Shown: positions 26,101 to 41,749, counted from the first letter of the stretch. The stretch: 64,000 nucleotides of DNA from Eledone cirrhosa (GCA_964016885.1 OZ024744.1:20646001-20710000); one strand, 5' to 3'. A program made the numbers and translations. Notes: generated by a model from the sequence alone, not told the origin.

Positions 26101-29100
26101 GAACTGACTCGTTTTAACAACAGTTGAATCTTATGAACTGACTCATTTTAACAACAGTTGAATCTTAAGATAACATTCGTTTTAACAACAGTTGAATCTT
26201 AAGAACTGACTCGTTTTAACAACAGTTGAATCTTAAAGATAAAACTCGTTTCGACAACAGTTGAATCTTAAGAACTGACTCGTTTTAACAACAGCTGAAT
26301 CTTAAGATAAAACTCGTTTTAACAACAGTTGAATCTTAAGATAAAACTCGTTTTAACAACGGTTGAATCTTAAGAACTGACTCGTTTTAACAACAGCTGA
26401 ATCTTAAGAGAAAACTTGTTTTAACAACAGTTCAAACTTAAGAAATGACTCGTTTTAACAACAGTTGAATCTTATGAACTGACTCATTTTAACAACAGTT
26501 GAATCTTAAGAACTGATTCGTTTTAACAACAGCTGAATCTTAAGATAGAACTCGTTTTAACAACAGTTGAATCTTAAGAACTGACTCGTTTTAACAACAG
26601 CTGAATCTTAAGATAAAACTCGTTTTAACAACAGTTGAATCTTAAGAACTGACTCGTTTTAACAACAGCTGAATCTTAAGATAAAACTCGTTTTAACAAC
26701 AGTTGAATCTTAAGATAAAACTCGTTTTAACAACAGTTGAATCTTAAGAACTGACTCTTTTTAACAACAGTTGAATCTTAAGATAAAACTCGTTTTAACA
26801 ACAGTTGAATCTTATGAGCTAACTCATTTTAACAACAGTTGAATCTTAAGTTAAGACTCGTTTTAACAACAGTTGAATCTTAAGAACTGACTCGTTTTAA
26901 CAACAGCTGAATCTTAAGATAAAACTCGTTTTAACAACAGTTGAATCTTAAGATAAAACTCGTTTTAACAACAGTTGAATCTTATGAGCTAACTCATTTT
27001 AACAACAGTTGAATCTTAAGTTAAGACTCGTTTTAACAACAGTTGAATCTTAAGAACTGACTCGTTTTAACAACAGCTGAATCTTAAGATAAAACTCGTT
27101 TTAACAACAGTTGAATCTTAAGAACTGACTCGTTTTAACAACAGCTGAATCTTAAGATAAAACTCGTTTTAACAACAGTTGAATCTTATGAGCTAACTCA
27201 TTTTAACAACAGTTGAATCTTAAGTTAAGACTCGTTTTAACAACAGTTGTATCTTAAGAACTGACTCGTTTTAACGACAGCTGAATCTTAAGATAAAACC
27301 CGTTTTAACAACTGTTGAATCTTAAGAACTGACTCGTTTTAACAACAGCTGAATCTTAAGATAAAACTCGTTTTAACAACAGTTGAATCTTAAGAACTGA
27401 CTCGTTTTAACAACAGTTGAATCTTCAAATAAAACTCGTTTTAACAACAGTTGAATCTTAAGAACTGACTCGTTTTAACAACAGTTGAATGTTAAGATAA
27501 AACTCGTTTTAACAATAGTTGAAACTTAAGAACTGACTCGTTTTAACAACAGTTGAATCTTAAGATAAAACTCGTTTTAACAACAGTTGAATCTTAAGAA
27601 CTGACTCGTTTTAACAACAGCTGAATCTTAAGATAAAACTCGTTTTAACAACAGTTGAATCTTAAGAACGGACTCGTTTTAACAACAGCTGAATCTTAAG
27701 ATAAAACTCGTTTTAACGACAGTTGAATCTTAAGAACTGATTCGTTTTAACAACAGTTCAAACTTAAGAACTGACTTGTTTTATCAACAGTTGAATCTTA
27801 TGAACTGACTCATTTTAACAACAGTTGAATCTTAAGATAACATTCGTTTTAACAACAGTTGAATCTTAAGAACTGACTCGTTTTAACAACAGTTGAATCT
27901 TAAAGATAAACTCGTTTCAACAACAGTTGAATCTTAAGAACTGACTCGTTTTAACATCAGCTGAATCTTAAGATAAAACTCGTTTTAACAACAGTTGAAT
28001 CTTAAGATAAAACTCGTTTTAACAACAGTTGAATCTCAAGAACTGACTCGTTTTAACGACAGCTGAATCTTTAGATAAAACTCGTTTTAACAACAGTTCA
28101 AACTTAAGAGATGACTCGTTTTAACGACAGCTGAATCTTAAGATAAAACTTGATTTACCAACAGTTGAATCTTAAAGATAAAACTCGCTTTAACAACAGT
28201 TGAATCTTAAGAACTGACTCGTTTTAACAACAGTTGAATCTTAAGACAAAACCCGTTTTAACAACAGTTGAATCTTAAGAACTGTCTCGTTTTAACAACA
28301 GTTGAATCTTAAGATAAACCTCGTTTTAACAACAGTTTAATCTTAAGAACTGACTCGTTTTAACAACAGTTGAATCTTAAGACAAAACTCGTTTTAACAA
28401 CAGTTGAATCTTAAGAACTGACTTGTTCTAACAACAGTTCAGCCTTAAGAACTGACTCGTTTTAAAACAGTTGAATCGTTAGAACTGACTCGTTTTAACA
28501 ACAGTTGAATCTTAAAATAAAACTCGTTTTAACAATAGTTGAATCTCAAGAACTGACTCGTTTTAGCAACAGTTGAATCTTAAGATAACACTCGTTTTCA
28601 TAACAGTTGAATCTTAAGAACTGTCTCGTTTTAACAACAGTTGAATCTTAAGATAAACCTCGTTTTAACAACAGTTGAATCTTAAGAACTGACTCGTTTT
28701 AACAACAGTTAAATCTTAATAACAGACTCGTTTTAACAACAGTTGAATCTTAAGATAAAACTCGTTTTAACAACTGTTGAATCTTAAGAACTGACTCGTT
28801 TTAACAACAGCTGAATCTTAAGATAACACTCGTTTTAACAACAGTTGAATCTTAAGAACTGACTCGTTTTAACAACAGTTGAATCTTAAGATAAAACCCG
28901 TTTTAACAACTGTTGAATCTTAAGAACTGACTCGTTTTAACAACAGCTGAATCTTAAGATAAAACTCGTGTTAACAACAGTTGAATCTTAAGAACTGACT
29001 CGTTTTAACAACAGTTGAATCTTCAAATAAAACTCGTTTTAACAACAGTTGAATCTTAAGAACTGACTCGTTTTAACAACAGTTGAATGTTAAGATAAAA

Positions 29101-32100
29101 CTCGTTTTAACAATAGTTGAAACTTAAGAACTGACTCGTTTTAACAACAGTTGAATCTTAAGATAAAACTCGTTTTAACAACAGTTGAATCTTAAGAACT
29201 GACTCGTTTTAACTACAGCTGAATCTTAAGATAAAACTCGTTTTAACAACAGTTGAATCTTAAGAACGGACTCGTTTTAACAACAGCTGAATCTTAAGAT
29301 AAAACTCGTTTTAACGACAGTTGAATCTTAAGAACTGATTCGTTTTAACAACAGTTCAAACTTAAGAACTGACTCGTTTTATCAACAGTTGAATCTTATG
29401 AACTGACTCATTTTAACAACAGTTGAATCTTAAGATAACATTCGTTTTAACAACAGTTGAATCTTAAGAACTGACTCGTTTTAACAACAGTTGAATCTTA
29501 AAGATAAAACTCGTTTCAACAACAGTTGAATCTTAAGAACTAACTCGTTTTAACAACAGCTGAATCTTAAGATAAAACTCGTTTCAACAACAGTTGAATC
29601 TTAAGATACAACTCGTTTTAACAGCAGTTGAATCTTAAGAACTGACTCGTTTTAACGACAGCTGAATCTTAAGATAAAAATCGTTTTAACAACAGTTGAA
29701 TCTTAAGAACAGACTCGTTTTAGCAACAGCTGAATCTTAAGATAAAACTCGTTTTAACAACAGTTGAATCTTAAGAACTGACTCGTTTTAACAACAGCTG
29801 AATCTTAATATAAAACTCGTTTTAACGACAGCTGAATCTTAAGATAAAACTCGTTTTAACAACAGTTGGATCTTAAGAACTGACTCGTTTTAACAACAGT
29901 TGAATCTTACGATAAAACTCGTTTTAACAACAGTTGAATCGTATGAACTAACTCATTTTAACAACAGTTGAATCTTAAGTTAAGACTCGTTTTAACAACA
30001 GTTGAATCTTAAGAACTGACTCGTTTTAACAACAGTTGAATCTTAAGACAAAACCCGTTTTAACAACAGTTGAATCTTAAGAACTGTCACGTTTTAACAA
30101 CAGTTGAATCTTAAGATAAACCTCGTTTTAACAACAGTTTAATCTTAAGAACTGACTCGTTTTAACAACAGTTGAATCTTAAGACAAAACTCGTTTTAAC
30201 AACAGTTGAATCTTGAGAACTGACTCGTTTTAACAACAGCTGAATCTTAACATAACACTCGTTTTAACAACAGTTGAATCTTAAGAACTGACTCGTTTTA
30301 ACAACAGTTGAATCTTAAGATAAAACCCGCTTTAACAACTGTTGAATCTTAAGAACTGACTCGTTTTAACAACAGCTGAATCTTAAGATAAAACTCGTTT
30401 TAACAACAGTTGAATCTTAAGAACTGACTCGTTTTAACAACAGTTGAATCTTCAAATAAAACTCGTTTTAACAACAGTTGAATCTTAAGAACTGACTCGT
30501 TTTAACAACAGTTGAATGTTAAGATAAAACTCGTTTTAACAATAGTTGAAACTTAAGAACTGACACGTTTTAACAACAGTTGAATCTTAAGATAAAACTC
30601 GTTTTAACAACAGTTGAATCTTAAGAACGGACTCGTTTTAACAACAGCTGAATCTTAAGATAAAACTCGTTTTAACGACAGTTGAATCTTAAGAACTGAT
30701 TCGTTTTAACAACAGTTCAAACTTAAGAACTGACTCGTTTTATCAACAGTTGAATCTTATGAACTGACTCATTTTAACAACAGTTAAATCTTAAGATAAC
30801 ATTCGTTTTAACAACAGTTGAATCTTAAGAACTGACTCGTTTTAACAACAGTTGAATCTTAAAGATAAAACTCGTTTCAACAACAGTTGAATCTTAAGAA
30901 CTGACTCGTTTTAACAACAGCTGAATCTTAAGATAAAACTCGTTTTAACAACAGTTGAATCTTAAGATAAAACTCGTTTTAACAACAGTTGAATCTTAAG
31001 AACTGACTCGTTTTAACGACAGCTGAATCTTAAGATAAAACTCGTTTTAACAACAGTTGAATCTTAAGAACAGACTCGTTTTAGCAACAGCTGAATCTTA
31101 AGATAAAACTCGTTTTAACAACAGTTGAATCTTAAGAACTGACTCGTTTTAACAACAGCTGAATCTCAATATAAAACTCGTTTTAACGACAGCTGAATCT
31201 TAAGATAAAACTCGTTTTAACAACAGTTGGATCTTAAGAACTGACTCGTTTTAACAACAGTTGAATCTTACGATAAAACTCGTTTTAACAACAGTTGAAT
31301 CTTAAGAACTAACTCATTTTAACAACAGTTGAATCTTAAGTTAAGACTCGTTTTAACAACAGTTGAATCTTAAGAACTGACTCGTTTTAACAACAGTTGA
31401 ATCTTAAGACAAAACCCGTTTTAACAACAGTTGAATCTTAAGAACTGTCACGTTATAACAACAGTTGAATCTTAAGAACTGTCACGTTTTAACAACAGTT
31501 GAATCTTAAGATAAACCTCGTTTTAACAACAGTTTAATCTTAAGAACTGACTCGTTTTAACAACAGTTGAATCTTAAGACAAAACTCGTTTTAACAACAG
31601 TTGAATCTTAAGAACTGACTTGTTCTAACAACAGTTCAGCCTTAAGAACTGACTCGTTTTAAAACAGTTGAATCGTTAGAACTGACTCGTTTTAACAACA
31701 GTTGAATCTTAAAATAAAACTCGTGTTAACAATAGTTGAATCTCAAGAACTGACTCGTTTTAGCAACAGTTGAATCTTAAGATAACACTCGTTTTCATAA
31801 CAGTTGAATCTTAAGAACTGACTCGTTTTAACAACAGTTAAATATTAATAACTGACTCGTTTTAACAACAGTTGAATGTTAAGATAAAACTCGTTTTAAC
31901 AATAGTTGAATCTTAAGAACTGACTCGTTTTAACAACAGTTGAATCTTAAGATAAAACTCGTTTTAACAACTGTTGAATCTTAAGAACTGACTCGTTTTA
32001 ACAACAGCTGAATCTTAAGATAAAACTCGTTTTAACAACAGTTGAATCTTAAGAACTGACTCGTTTTAACAACAGTTGAATCTTCAAATAAAACTCGTTT

Positions 32101-35100
32101 TAACAACAGTTGAATCTTAAGAACTGACTCGTTTTAACAACAGTTGAATGTTAAGATAAAACTCGTTTTAACAATAGTGGAATCTTAAGAACTGACTCGT
32201 TTTAACAACAGTTGAATCTTAAGATAAAACTCGTTTTAACAACAGTTCAATCTTAAGAACTGACTCGTTTTAACAACAGCTGAATCTTAAGATAAAACTC
32301 GTTTTAACAACAGTTCAAACTTAAGAAATGACTCGTTTTAACAAAAGTTGAATCTTATGAACTCACTCATTTTAACAACAGTTGAATCTTAAGATAACAT
32401 TCGTTTTAACAACAGTTGAATCTTAAAATAAAACTCGTGTTAACAATAGTTGAATCTCAAGAACTGACTCGTTTTAGCAACAGTTGAATCTTAAGATAAC
32501 ACTCGTTTTCATAACAGTTGAATCTTAAGAACTGACTCGTTTTAACAACAGTTAAATATTAATAACTGACTCGTTTTAACAACAGTTGAATGTTAAGATA
32601 AAACTCGTTTTAACAATAGTTGAATCTTAAGAACTGACTCGTTTTAACAACAGTTGAATCTTAAGATAAAACTCGTTTTAACAACTGTTGAATCTTAAGA
32701 ACTGACTCGTTTTAACAACAGCTGAATCTTAAGATAAAACTCGTTTTAACAACAGTTGAATCTTAAGAACTGACTCGTTTTAACAACAGTTGAATCTTCA
32801 AATAAAACTCGTTTTAACAACAGTTGAATCTTAAGAACTGACTCGTTTTAACAACAGTTGAATGTTAAGATAAAACTCGTTTTAACAATAGTGGAATCTT
32901 AAGAACTGACTCGTTTTAACAACAGTTGAATCTTAAGATAAAACTCGTTTTAACAACAGTTCAATCTTAAGAACTGACTCGTTTTAACAACAGCTGAATC
33001 TTAAGATAAAACTAGTTTTAACAACAGTTCAAACTTAAGAAATGACTCGTTTTAACAAAAGTTGAATCTTATGAACTCACTCATTTTAACAACAGTTGAA
33101 TCTTAAGATAACATTCGTTTTAACAACAGTTGAATCTTAAGAACTGATTCGTTTTAACAACAGTTGAATCTTAAGATAAAACTCGTTTTAACAACACTTG
33201 AATCTTAAGAACGGACTCGTTTTAACAACACCTGAATCTTAAGATAAAACTCGTCTTAACAACAGTTGAATCTTAAGAACTGACTCGTTTTAACAACAGT
33301 TGAATCTTATGAACTGACTCATTTTAACAACAGTTGAATCTTAAGATAACATTCGTTTTAACAACAGTTGAATCTTAAGAACTGACTCGTTTTAACAACA
33401 GTTGAATCTTAAAGATAAAACTCGTTTCGACAACAGTTGAATCTTAAGAACTGACTCGTTTTAACAACAGCTGAATCTTAAGATAAAACTCGTTTTAACA
33501 ACAGTTGAATCTTAAGATAAAACTCGTTTTAACAACGGTTGAATCTTAAGAACTGACTCGTTTTAACAACAGCTGAATCTTAAGATAAAACTTGTTTTAA
33601 CAACAGTTCAAACTTAAGAAATGACTCGTTTTAACAACAGTTGAATCTTATGAACTGACTCATTTTAACAACAGTTGAATCTTAAGAACTGATTCGTTTT
33701 AACAACAGCTGAATCTTAAGATAGAACTCGTTTTAACAACAGTTGAATCTTAAGAACTGACTCGTTTTAACAACAGCTGAATCTTAAGATAAAACTCGTT
33801 TTAACAACAGTTGAATCTTAAGAACTGACTCGTTTTAACAACAGCTGAATCTTAAGATAAAACTCGTTTTAACAACAGTTGAATCTTAAGATAAAACTCG
33901 TTTTAACAACAGTTGAATCTTAAGAACTGACTCTTTTTAACAACAGTTGAATCTTAAGATAAAACTCGTTTTAACAACAGTTGAATCTTATGAGCTAACT
34001 CATTTTAACAACAGTTGAATCTTAAGTTAAGACTCGTTTTAACAACAGTTGAATCTTAAGAACTGACTCGTTTTAACAACAGCTGAATCTTAAGATAAAA
34101 CTCGTTTTAACAACAGTTGAATCTTAAGATAAAACTCGTTTTAACAACAGTTGAATCTTATGAGCTAACTCATTTTAACAACAGTTGAATCTTAAGTTAA
34201 GACTCGTTTTAACAACAGTTGAATCTTAAGAACTGACTCGTTTTAACAACAGCTGAATCTTAAGATAAAACTCGTTTTAACAACAGTTGAATCTTAAGAA
34301 CTGACTCGTTTTAACGACAGCTGAATCTTAAGATAAAACTCGTTTTAACAACAGTTGAATCTTAAGAACAGACTCGTTTTAGCAACAGCTGAATCTTAAG
34401 ATAAAACTCGTTTTAACAACAGTTGAATCTTAAGAACTGACTCGTTTTAACAACAGCTGAATCTCAATATAAAACTCGTTTTAACGACAGCTGAATCTTA
34501 AGATAAAACTCGTTTTAACAACAGTTGGATCTTAAGAACTGACTCGTTTTAACAACAGTTGAATCTTACGATAAAACTCGTTTTAACAACAGTTGAATCT
34601 TAAGAACTAACTCATTTTAACAACAGTTGAATCTTAAGTTAAGACTCGTTTTAACAACAGTTGAATCTTAAGAACTGACTCGTTTTAACAACAGTTGAAT
34701 CTTAAGACAAAACCCGTTTTAACAACAGTTGAATCTTAAGAACTGTCACGTTATAACAACAGTTGAATCTTAAGAACTGTCACGTTTTAACAACAGTTGA
34801 ATCTTAAGATAAACCTCGTTTTAACAACAGTTTAATCTTAAGAACTGACTCGTTTTAACAACAGTTGAATCTTAAGACAAAACTCGTTTTAACAACAGTT
34901 GAATCTTAAGAACTGACTTGTTCTAACAACAGTTCAGCCTTAAGAACTGACTCGTTTTAAAACAGTTGAATCGTTAGAACTGACTCGTTTTAACAACAGT
35001 TGAATCTTAAAATAAAACTCGTGTTAACAATAGTTGAATCTCAAGAACTGACTCGTTTTAGCAACAGTTGAATCTTAAGATAACACTCGTTTTCATAACA

Positions 35101-37765
35101 GTTGAATCTTAAGAACTGACTCGTTTTAACAACAGTTAAATATTAATAACTGACTCGTTTTAACAACAGTTGAATGTTAAGATAAAACTCGTTTTAACAA
35201 TAGTTGAATCTTAAGAACTGACTCGTTTTAACAACAGTTGAATCTTAAGATAAAACTCGTTTTAACAACTGTTGAATCTTAAGAACTGACTCGTTTTAAC
35301 AACAGCTGAATCTTAAGATAAAACTCGTTTTAACAACAGTTGAATCTTAAGAACTGACTCGTTTTAACAACAGTTGAATCTTCAAATAAAACTCGTTTTA
35401 ACAACAGTTGAATCTTAAGAACTGACTCGTTTTAACAACAGTTGAATGTTAAGATAAAACTCGTTTTAACAATAGTGGAATCTTAAGAACTGACTCGTTT
35501 TAACAACAGTTGAATCTTAAGATAAAACTCGTTTTAACAACAGTTCAATCTTAAGAACTGACTCGTTTTAACAACAGCTGAATCTTAAGATAAAACTCGT
35601 TTTAACAACAGTTCAAACTTAAGAAATGACTCGTTTTAACAAAAGTTGAATCTTATGAACTCACTCATTTTAACAACAGTTGAATCTTAAGATAACATTC
35701 GTTTTAACAACAGTTGAATCTTAAAATAAAACTCGTGTTAACAATAGTTGAATCTCAAGAACTGACTCGTTTTAGCAACAGTTGAATCTTAAGATAACAC
35801 TCGTTTTCATAACAGTTGAATCTTAAGAACTGACTCGTTTTAACAACAGTTAAATATTAATAACTGACTCGTTTTAACAACAGTTGAATGTTAAGATAAA
35901 ACTCGTTTTAACAATAGTTGAATCTTAAGAACTGACTCGTTTTAACAACAGTTGAATCTTAAGATAAAACTCGTTTTAACAACTGTTGAATCTTAAGAAC
36001 TGACTCGTTTTAACAACAGCTGAATCTTAAGATAAAACTCGTTTTAACAACAGTTGAATCTTAAGAACTGACTCGTTTTAACAACAGTTGAATCTTCAAA
36101 TAAAACTCGTTTTAACAACAGTTGAATCTTAAGAACTGACTCGTTTTAACAACAGTTGAATGTTAAGATAAAACTCGTTTTAACAATAGTGGAATCTTAA
36201 GAACTGACTCGTTTTAACAACAGTTGAATCTTAAGATAAAACTCGTTTTAACAACAGTTCAATCTTAAGAACTGACTCGTTTTAACAACAGCTGAATCTT
36301 AAGATAAAACTAGTTTTAACAACAGTTCAAACTTAAGAAATGACTCGTTTTAACAAAAGTTGAATCTTATGAACTCACTCATTTTAACAACAGTTGAATC
36401 TTAAGATAACATTCGTTTTAACAACAGTTGAATCTTAAGAACTGATTCGTTTTAACAACAGTTGAATCTTAAGATAAAACTCGTTTTAACAACACTTGAA
36501 TCTTAAGAACGGACTCGTTTTAACAACACCTGAATCTTAAGATAAAACTCGTCTTAACAACAGTTGAATCTTAAGAACTGACTCGTTTTAACAACAGTTG
36601 AATCTTATGAACTGACTCATTTTAACAACAGTTGAATCTTAAGATAACATTCGTTTTAACAACAGTTGAATCTTAAGAACTGACTCGTTTTAACAACAGT
36701 TGAATCTTAAAGATAAAACTCGTTTCGACAACAGTTGAATCTTAAGAACTGACTCGTTTTAACAACAGCTGAATCTTAAGATAAAACTCGTTTTAACAAC
36801 AGTTGAATCTTAAGATAAAACTCGTTTTAACAACGGTTGAATCTTAAGAACTGACTCGTTTTAACAACAGCTGAATCTTAAGATAAAACTTGTTTTAACA
36901 ACAGTTCAAACTTAAGAAATGACTCGTTTTAACAACAGTTGAATCTTATGAACTGACTCATTTTAACAACAGTTGAATCTTAAGAACTGATTCGTTTTAA
37001 CAACAGCTGAATCTTAAGATAGAACTCGTTTTAACAACAGTTGAATCTTAAGAACTGACTCGTTTTAACAACAGCTGAATCTTAAGATAAAACTCGTTTT
37101 AACAACAGTTGAATCTTAAGAACTGACTCGTTTTAACAACAGCTGAATCTTAAGATAAAACTCGTTTTAACAACAGTTGAATCTTAAGATAAAACTCGTT
37201 TTAACAACAGTTGAATCTTAAGAACTGACTCTTTTTAACAACAGTTGAATCTTAAGATAAAACTCGTTTTAACAACAGTTGAATCTTATGAGCTAACTCA
37301 TTTTAACAACAGTTGAATCTTAAGTTAAGACTCGTTTTAACAACAGTTGAATCTTAAGAACTGACTCGTTTTAACAACAGCTGAATCTTAAGATAAAACT
37401 CGTTTTAACAACAGTTGAATCTTAAGATAAAACTCGTTTTAACAACAGTTGAATCTTATGAGCTAACTCATTTTAACAACAGTTGAATCTTAAGTTAAGA
37501 CTCGTTTTAACAACAGTTGAATCTTAAGAACTGACTCGTTTTAACAACAGCTGAATCTTAAGATAAAACTCGTTTTAACAACAGTTGAATCTTAAGAACT
37601 GACTCGTTTTAACAACAGCTGAATCTTAAGATAAAACTCGTTTTAACAACAGTTGAATCTTATGAGCTAACTCATTTTAACAACAGTTGAATCTTAAGTT
37701 AAGACTCGTTTTAACAACAGTTGTATCTTAAGAACTGACTCGTTTTAACGACAGCTGAATCTTAA
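20115..37765. repeat. 211-monomer (7,176 bp) tandem duplication; the second copy contains an internal 97-monomer (3,298 bp) duplication
   Basis: CAGCC at 21264/28440 and 24461/31637 (offset 7,176), and at 31637/34935 (offset 3,298). GTATCTT at 27249 maps to 37723 (offset 7,176+3,298). Confidence 0.88.
24530..25960. repeat. 21-monomer (714 bp) tandem duplication, recopied at about 31.7-33.1 kb and 35.0-36.4 kb
   Basis: GTTAAATATTAATAAC occurs in pairs at 24661/25375, 31837/32551 and 35135/35849, each 714 bp apart. Confidence 0.88.
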
Positions 37766-40700
37766 GATAAAACTTGTTTTAACAATAGTTGAATCTTAAG
37801 AACTGACTCGTTTTAACAACAGTTGAATCTTAAGATAAAACTCGTTTTAACAACAGTTCAATCTTAAGAACTGACTCGTTTTAACAACAGTTGAATGTTA
37901 AGATAAAACTCGTTTTAACAATAGTGGAATCTTAAGAACTGACTCGTTTTAACAACAGTTGAATCTTAAGATAAAACTCGTTTTAACAACAGTTCAATCT
38001 TAAGAACTGACTCGTTTTAACAACAGCTGAATCTTAAGATAAAACTAGTTTTAACAACAGTTCAAACTTAAGAAATGACTCGTTTTAACAAAAGTTGAAT
38101 CTTATGAACTCACTCATTTTAACAACAGTTGAATCTTAAGATAACATTCGTTTTAACAACAGTTGAATCTTAAGAACTGATTCGTTTTAACAACAGTTGA
38201 ATCTTAAGATAAAACTCGTTTTAACAACACTTGAATCTTAAGAACGGACTCGTTTTAACAACACCTGAATCTTAAGATAAAACTCGTCTTAACAACAGTT
38301 GAATCTTAAGAACTGACTCGTTTTAACAACAGTTGAATCTTATGAACTGACTCATTTTAACAACAGTTGAATCTTAAGATAACATTCGTTTTAACAACAG
38401 TTGAATCTTAAGAACTGACTCGTTTTAACAACAGTTGAATCTTAAAGATAAAACTCGTTTCGACAACAGTTGAATCTTAAGGACTGACTCGTTTTAACAA
38501 CAGCTGAATCTTAAGATAAAACTCGTTTTAACAACAGTTGAATCTTAAGATAAAACTCGTTTTAACAACAGTTGAATCTTAAGAACTGACTCGTTTTAAC
38601 AACAGCTGAATCTTAAGATAAAACTTGTTTTAACAACAGTTCAAACTTAAGAAATGACTCGTTTTAACAACAGTTGAATCTTATGAACTGACTCATTTTA
38701 ACAACAGTTGAATCTTAAGAACTGATTCGTTTTAACAACAGCTGAATCTTAAGATAGAACTCGTTTTAACAACAGTTGAATCTTAAGAACTGACTCGTTT
38801 TAACAACAGCTGAATCTTAAGATAAAACTCGTTTTAACAACAGTTGAATCTTAAGAACTGACTCGTTTTAACAACAGCTGAATCTTAAGATAAAACTCGT
38901 TTTAACAACAGTTGAATCTTAAGATAAAACTCGTTTTAACAACAGTTGAATCTTAAGATAAAACTCGTTTTAACAACAGTTGAATCTTATGAGCTAACTC
39001 ATTTTAACAACAGTTGAATCTTAAGTTAAGACTCGTTTTAACAACAGTTGAATCTTAAGAACTGACTCGTTTTAACAACAGCTGAATCTTAAGATAAAAC
39101 TCGTTTTAACAACAGTTGAATTTTAAGATAAAACTCGTTTTAACAACAGTTGAATCTTATGAGCTAACTCATTTTAACAACAGTTGAATCTTAAGTTAAG
39201 ACTCGTTTTAACAACAGTTGAATCTTAAGAACTGACTCGTTTTAACAACAGCTGAATCTTAAGATAAAACTCGTTTTAACAACAGTTGAATCTTAAGAAC
39301 TGACTCGCTTTAACAACAGCTGAATCTTAAGATAAAACTCGTTTTAACAACAGTTGAATCTTATGAGCTAACTCATTTTAACAACAGTTGAATCTTAAGT
39401 TAAGACTCGTTTTAACAACAGTTGTATCTTAAGAACTGACTCGTTTTAACGACAGCTGAATCTTAAGATAAAACTTGTTTTAACAATAGTTGAATCTTAA
39501 GAACTGACTCGTTTTAACAACAGTTGAATCTTAAGATAAAACTCGTTTTAACAACAGTTGAATCTTAAGAACTGACTCGTTTTAACAACAGCTGAATCTT
39601 AAGATAAAACTCGTTTTAACAACAGTTGAATCTTAAGAACTGACTCGTTTTAACAACAGCTGAATCTTAAGATAAAACTCGTTTTAACAACAGTTGAATC
39701 TTAAGATAAAACTCGTTTTAACAACAGTTGAATCTTAAGAACTGACTCTTTTTAACAACAGTTGAATCTTAAGATAAAACTCGTTTTAACAACAGTTGAA
39801 TCTTATGAGCTAACTCATTTTAACAACAGTTGAATCTTAAGTTAAGACTCGTTTTAACAACAGTTGAATCTTAAGAACTGACTCGTTTTAACAACAGCTG
39901 AATCTTAAGATAAAACTCGTTTTAACAACAGTTGAATCTTAAGAACTGACTCGTTTTAACAACAGCTGAATCTTAAGATAAAACTCGTTTTAACAACAGT
40001 TGAATCTTAAGATAAAACTCGTTTTAACAACAGTTGAATCTTATGAGCTAACTCATTTTAACAACAGTTGAATCTTAAGTTAAGACTCGTTTTAACAACA
40101 GTTGAATCTTAAGAACTGACTCGTTTTAACAACAGCTGAATCTTAAGATAAAACTCGTTTTAACAACAGTTGAATCTTAAGAACTGACTCGTTTTAACAA
40201 CAGCTGAATCTTAAGATAAAACTCGTTTTAACAACAGTTGAATCTTATGAGCTAACTCATTTTAACAACAGTTGAATCTTAAGTTAAGACTCGTTTTAAC
40301 AACAGTTGTATCTTAAGAACTGACTCGTTTTAACGACAGCTGAATCTTAAGATAAAACTTGTTTTAACAACAGTTGAATCTTAAAGATAAAACTCGCTTT
40401 AACAACAGTTGAATCTTAAGAACTGACTCGTTTTAACAACAGTTGAATCTTAAGACAAAACCCGTTTTAACAACAGTTGAATCTTAAGAACTGTCTCGTT
40501 TTAACAACAGTTGAATCTTAAGATAAACCTCGCTTTAACAACAGTTTAATCTTAAGAACTGACTCGTTTTAACAACAGTTGAATCTTAAGACAAAACTCG
40601 TTTTAACAACAGTTGAATCTTAAGAACTGACTTGTTCTAACAACAGTTCAGCCTTAAGAACTGACTCGTTTTAAAACAGTTGAATCGTTAGAACTGACTC

Positions 40701-41749
40701 GTTTTAACAACAGTTGAATCTTAAAATAAAACTCGTTTTAACAATAGTTGAATCTCAAGAACTAACTCGTTTTAGCAACAGTTGAATCTTAAGATAACAC
40801 TCGTTTTCATAACAGTTGAATCTTAAGAACTGTCTCGTTTTAACAACAGTTGAATCTTAAGATAAACCTCGTTTTAACAACAGTTGAATCTTAAGAACTG
40901 ACTCGTTTTAACAACAGTTAAATCTTAATAACTGACTCGTTTTAACAACAGTTGAATCTTAAGATAAAACTCGTTTTAACAACTGTTGAATCTTAAGAAC
41001 TGACTCGTTTTAACAACAGCTGAATCTTAAGATAAAACTCGTTTTAACAACAGTTGAATCTTCAGAACTGACTCGTTTTAACAACAGTTGAATCTTAAGA
41101 TAAAACCCGTTTTAACAACTGTTGAATCTTAAGAACTGACTCGTTTTAACAACAGCTGAATCTTAAGATAAAACTCGTTTTAACAACAGTTGAATCTTAA
41201 GAACTGACTCGTTTTAACAGCAGTTGAATCTTAAAATAAAACTCGTTTTAACAACAGTTGAATCTTAAGAACTGACTCGTTTTAACAACAGTTGAATGTT
41301 AAGATAAAACTCGTTTTAACAATAGTTGAAACTTAAGAACTGACTCGTTTTAACAACAGTTGAATCTTAAGATAAAACTCGTTTTAACAACAGTTGAATC
41401 TTAAGAAATGACTCGTTTTAACAAAAGCTGAATCTTAAGATAAAACTCGTTTTAACAACAGTTGAATCTTAAGAACGGACTCGTTTTAACAACAGCTGAA
41501 TCTTAAGATAAAACTCGTTTTAACGACAGTTGAATCTTAAGAACTGATTCGTTTTAACAACAGTTCAAACTTAAGAACTGACTCGTTTTATCAACAGTTG
41601 AATCTTATGAACTGACTCATTTTAACAACAGTTGAATCTTAAGATAACATTCGTTTTAACAACAGTTGAATCTTAAGAACTGACTCGTTTTAACAACAGT
41701 TGAATCTTAAAGATAAACTCGTTTCAACAACAGTTGAATCTTAAGAACT

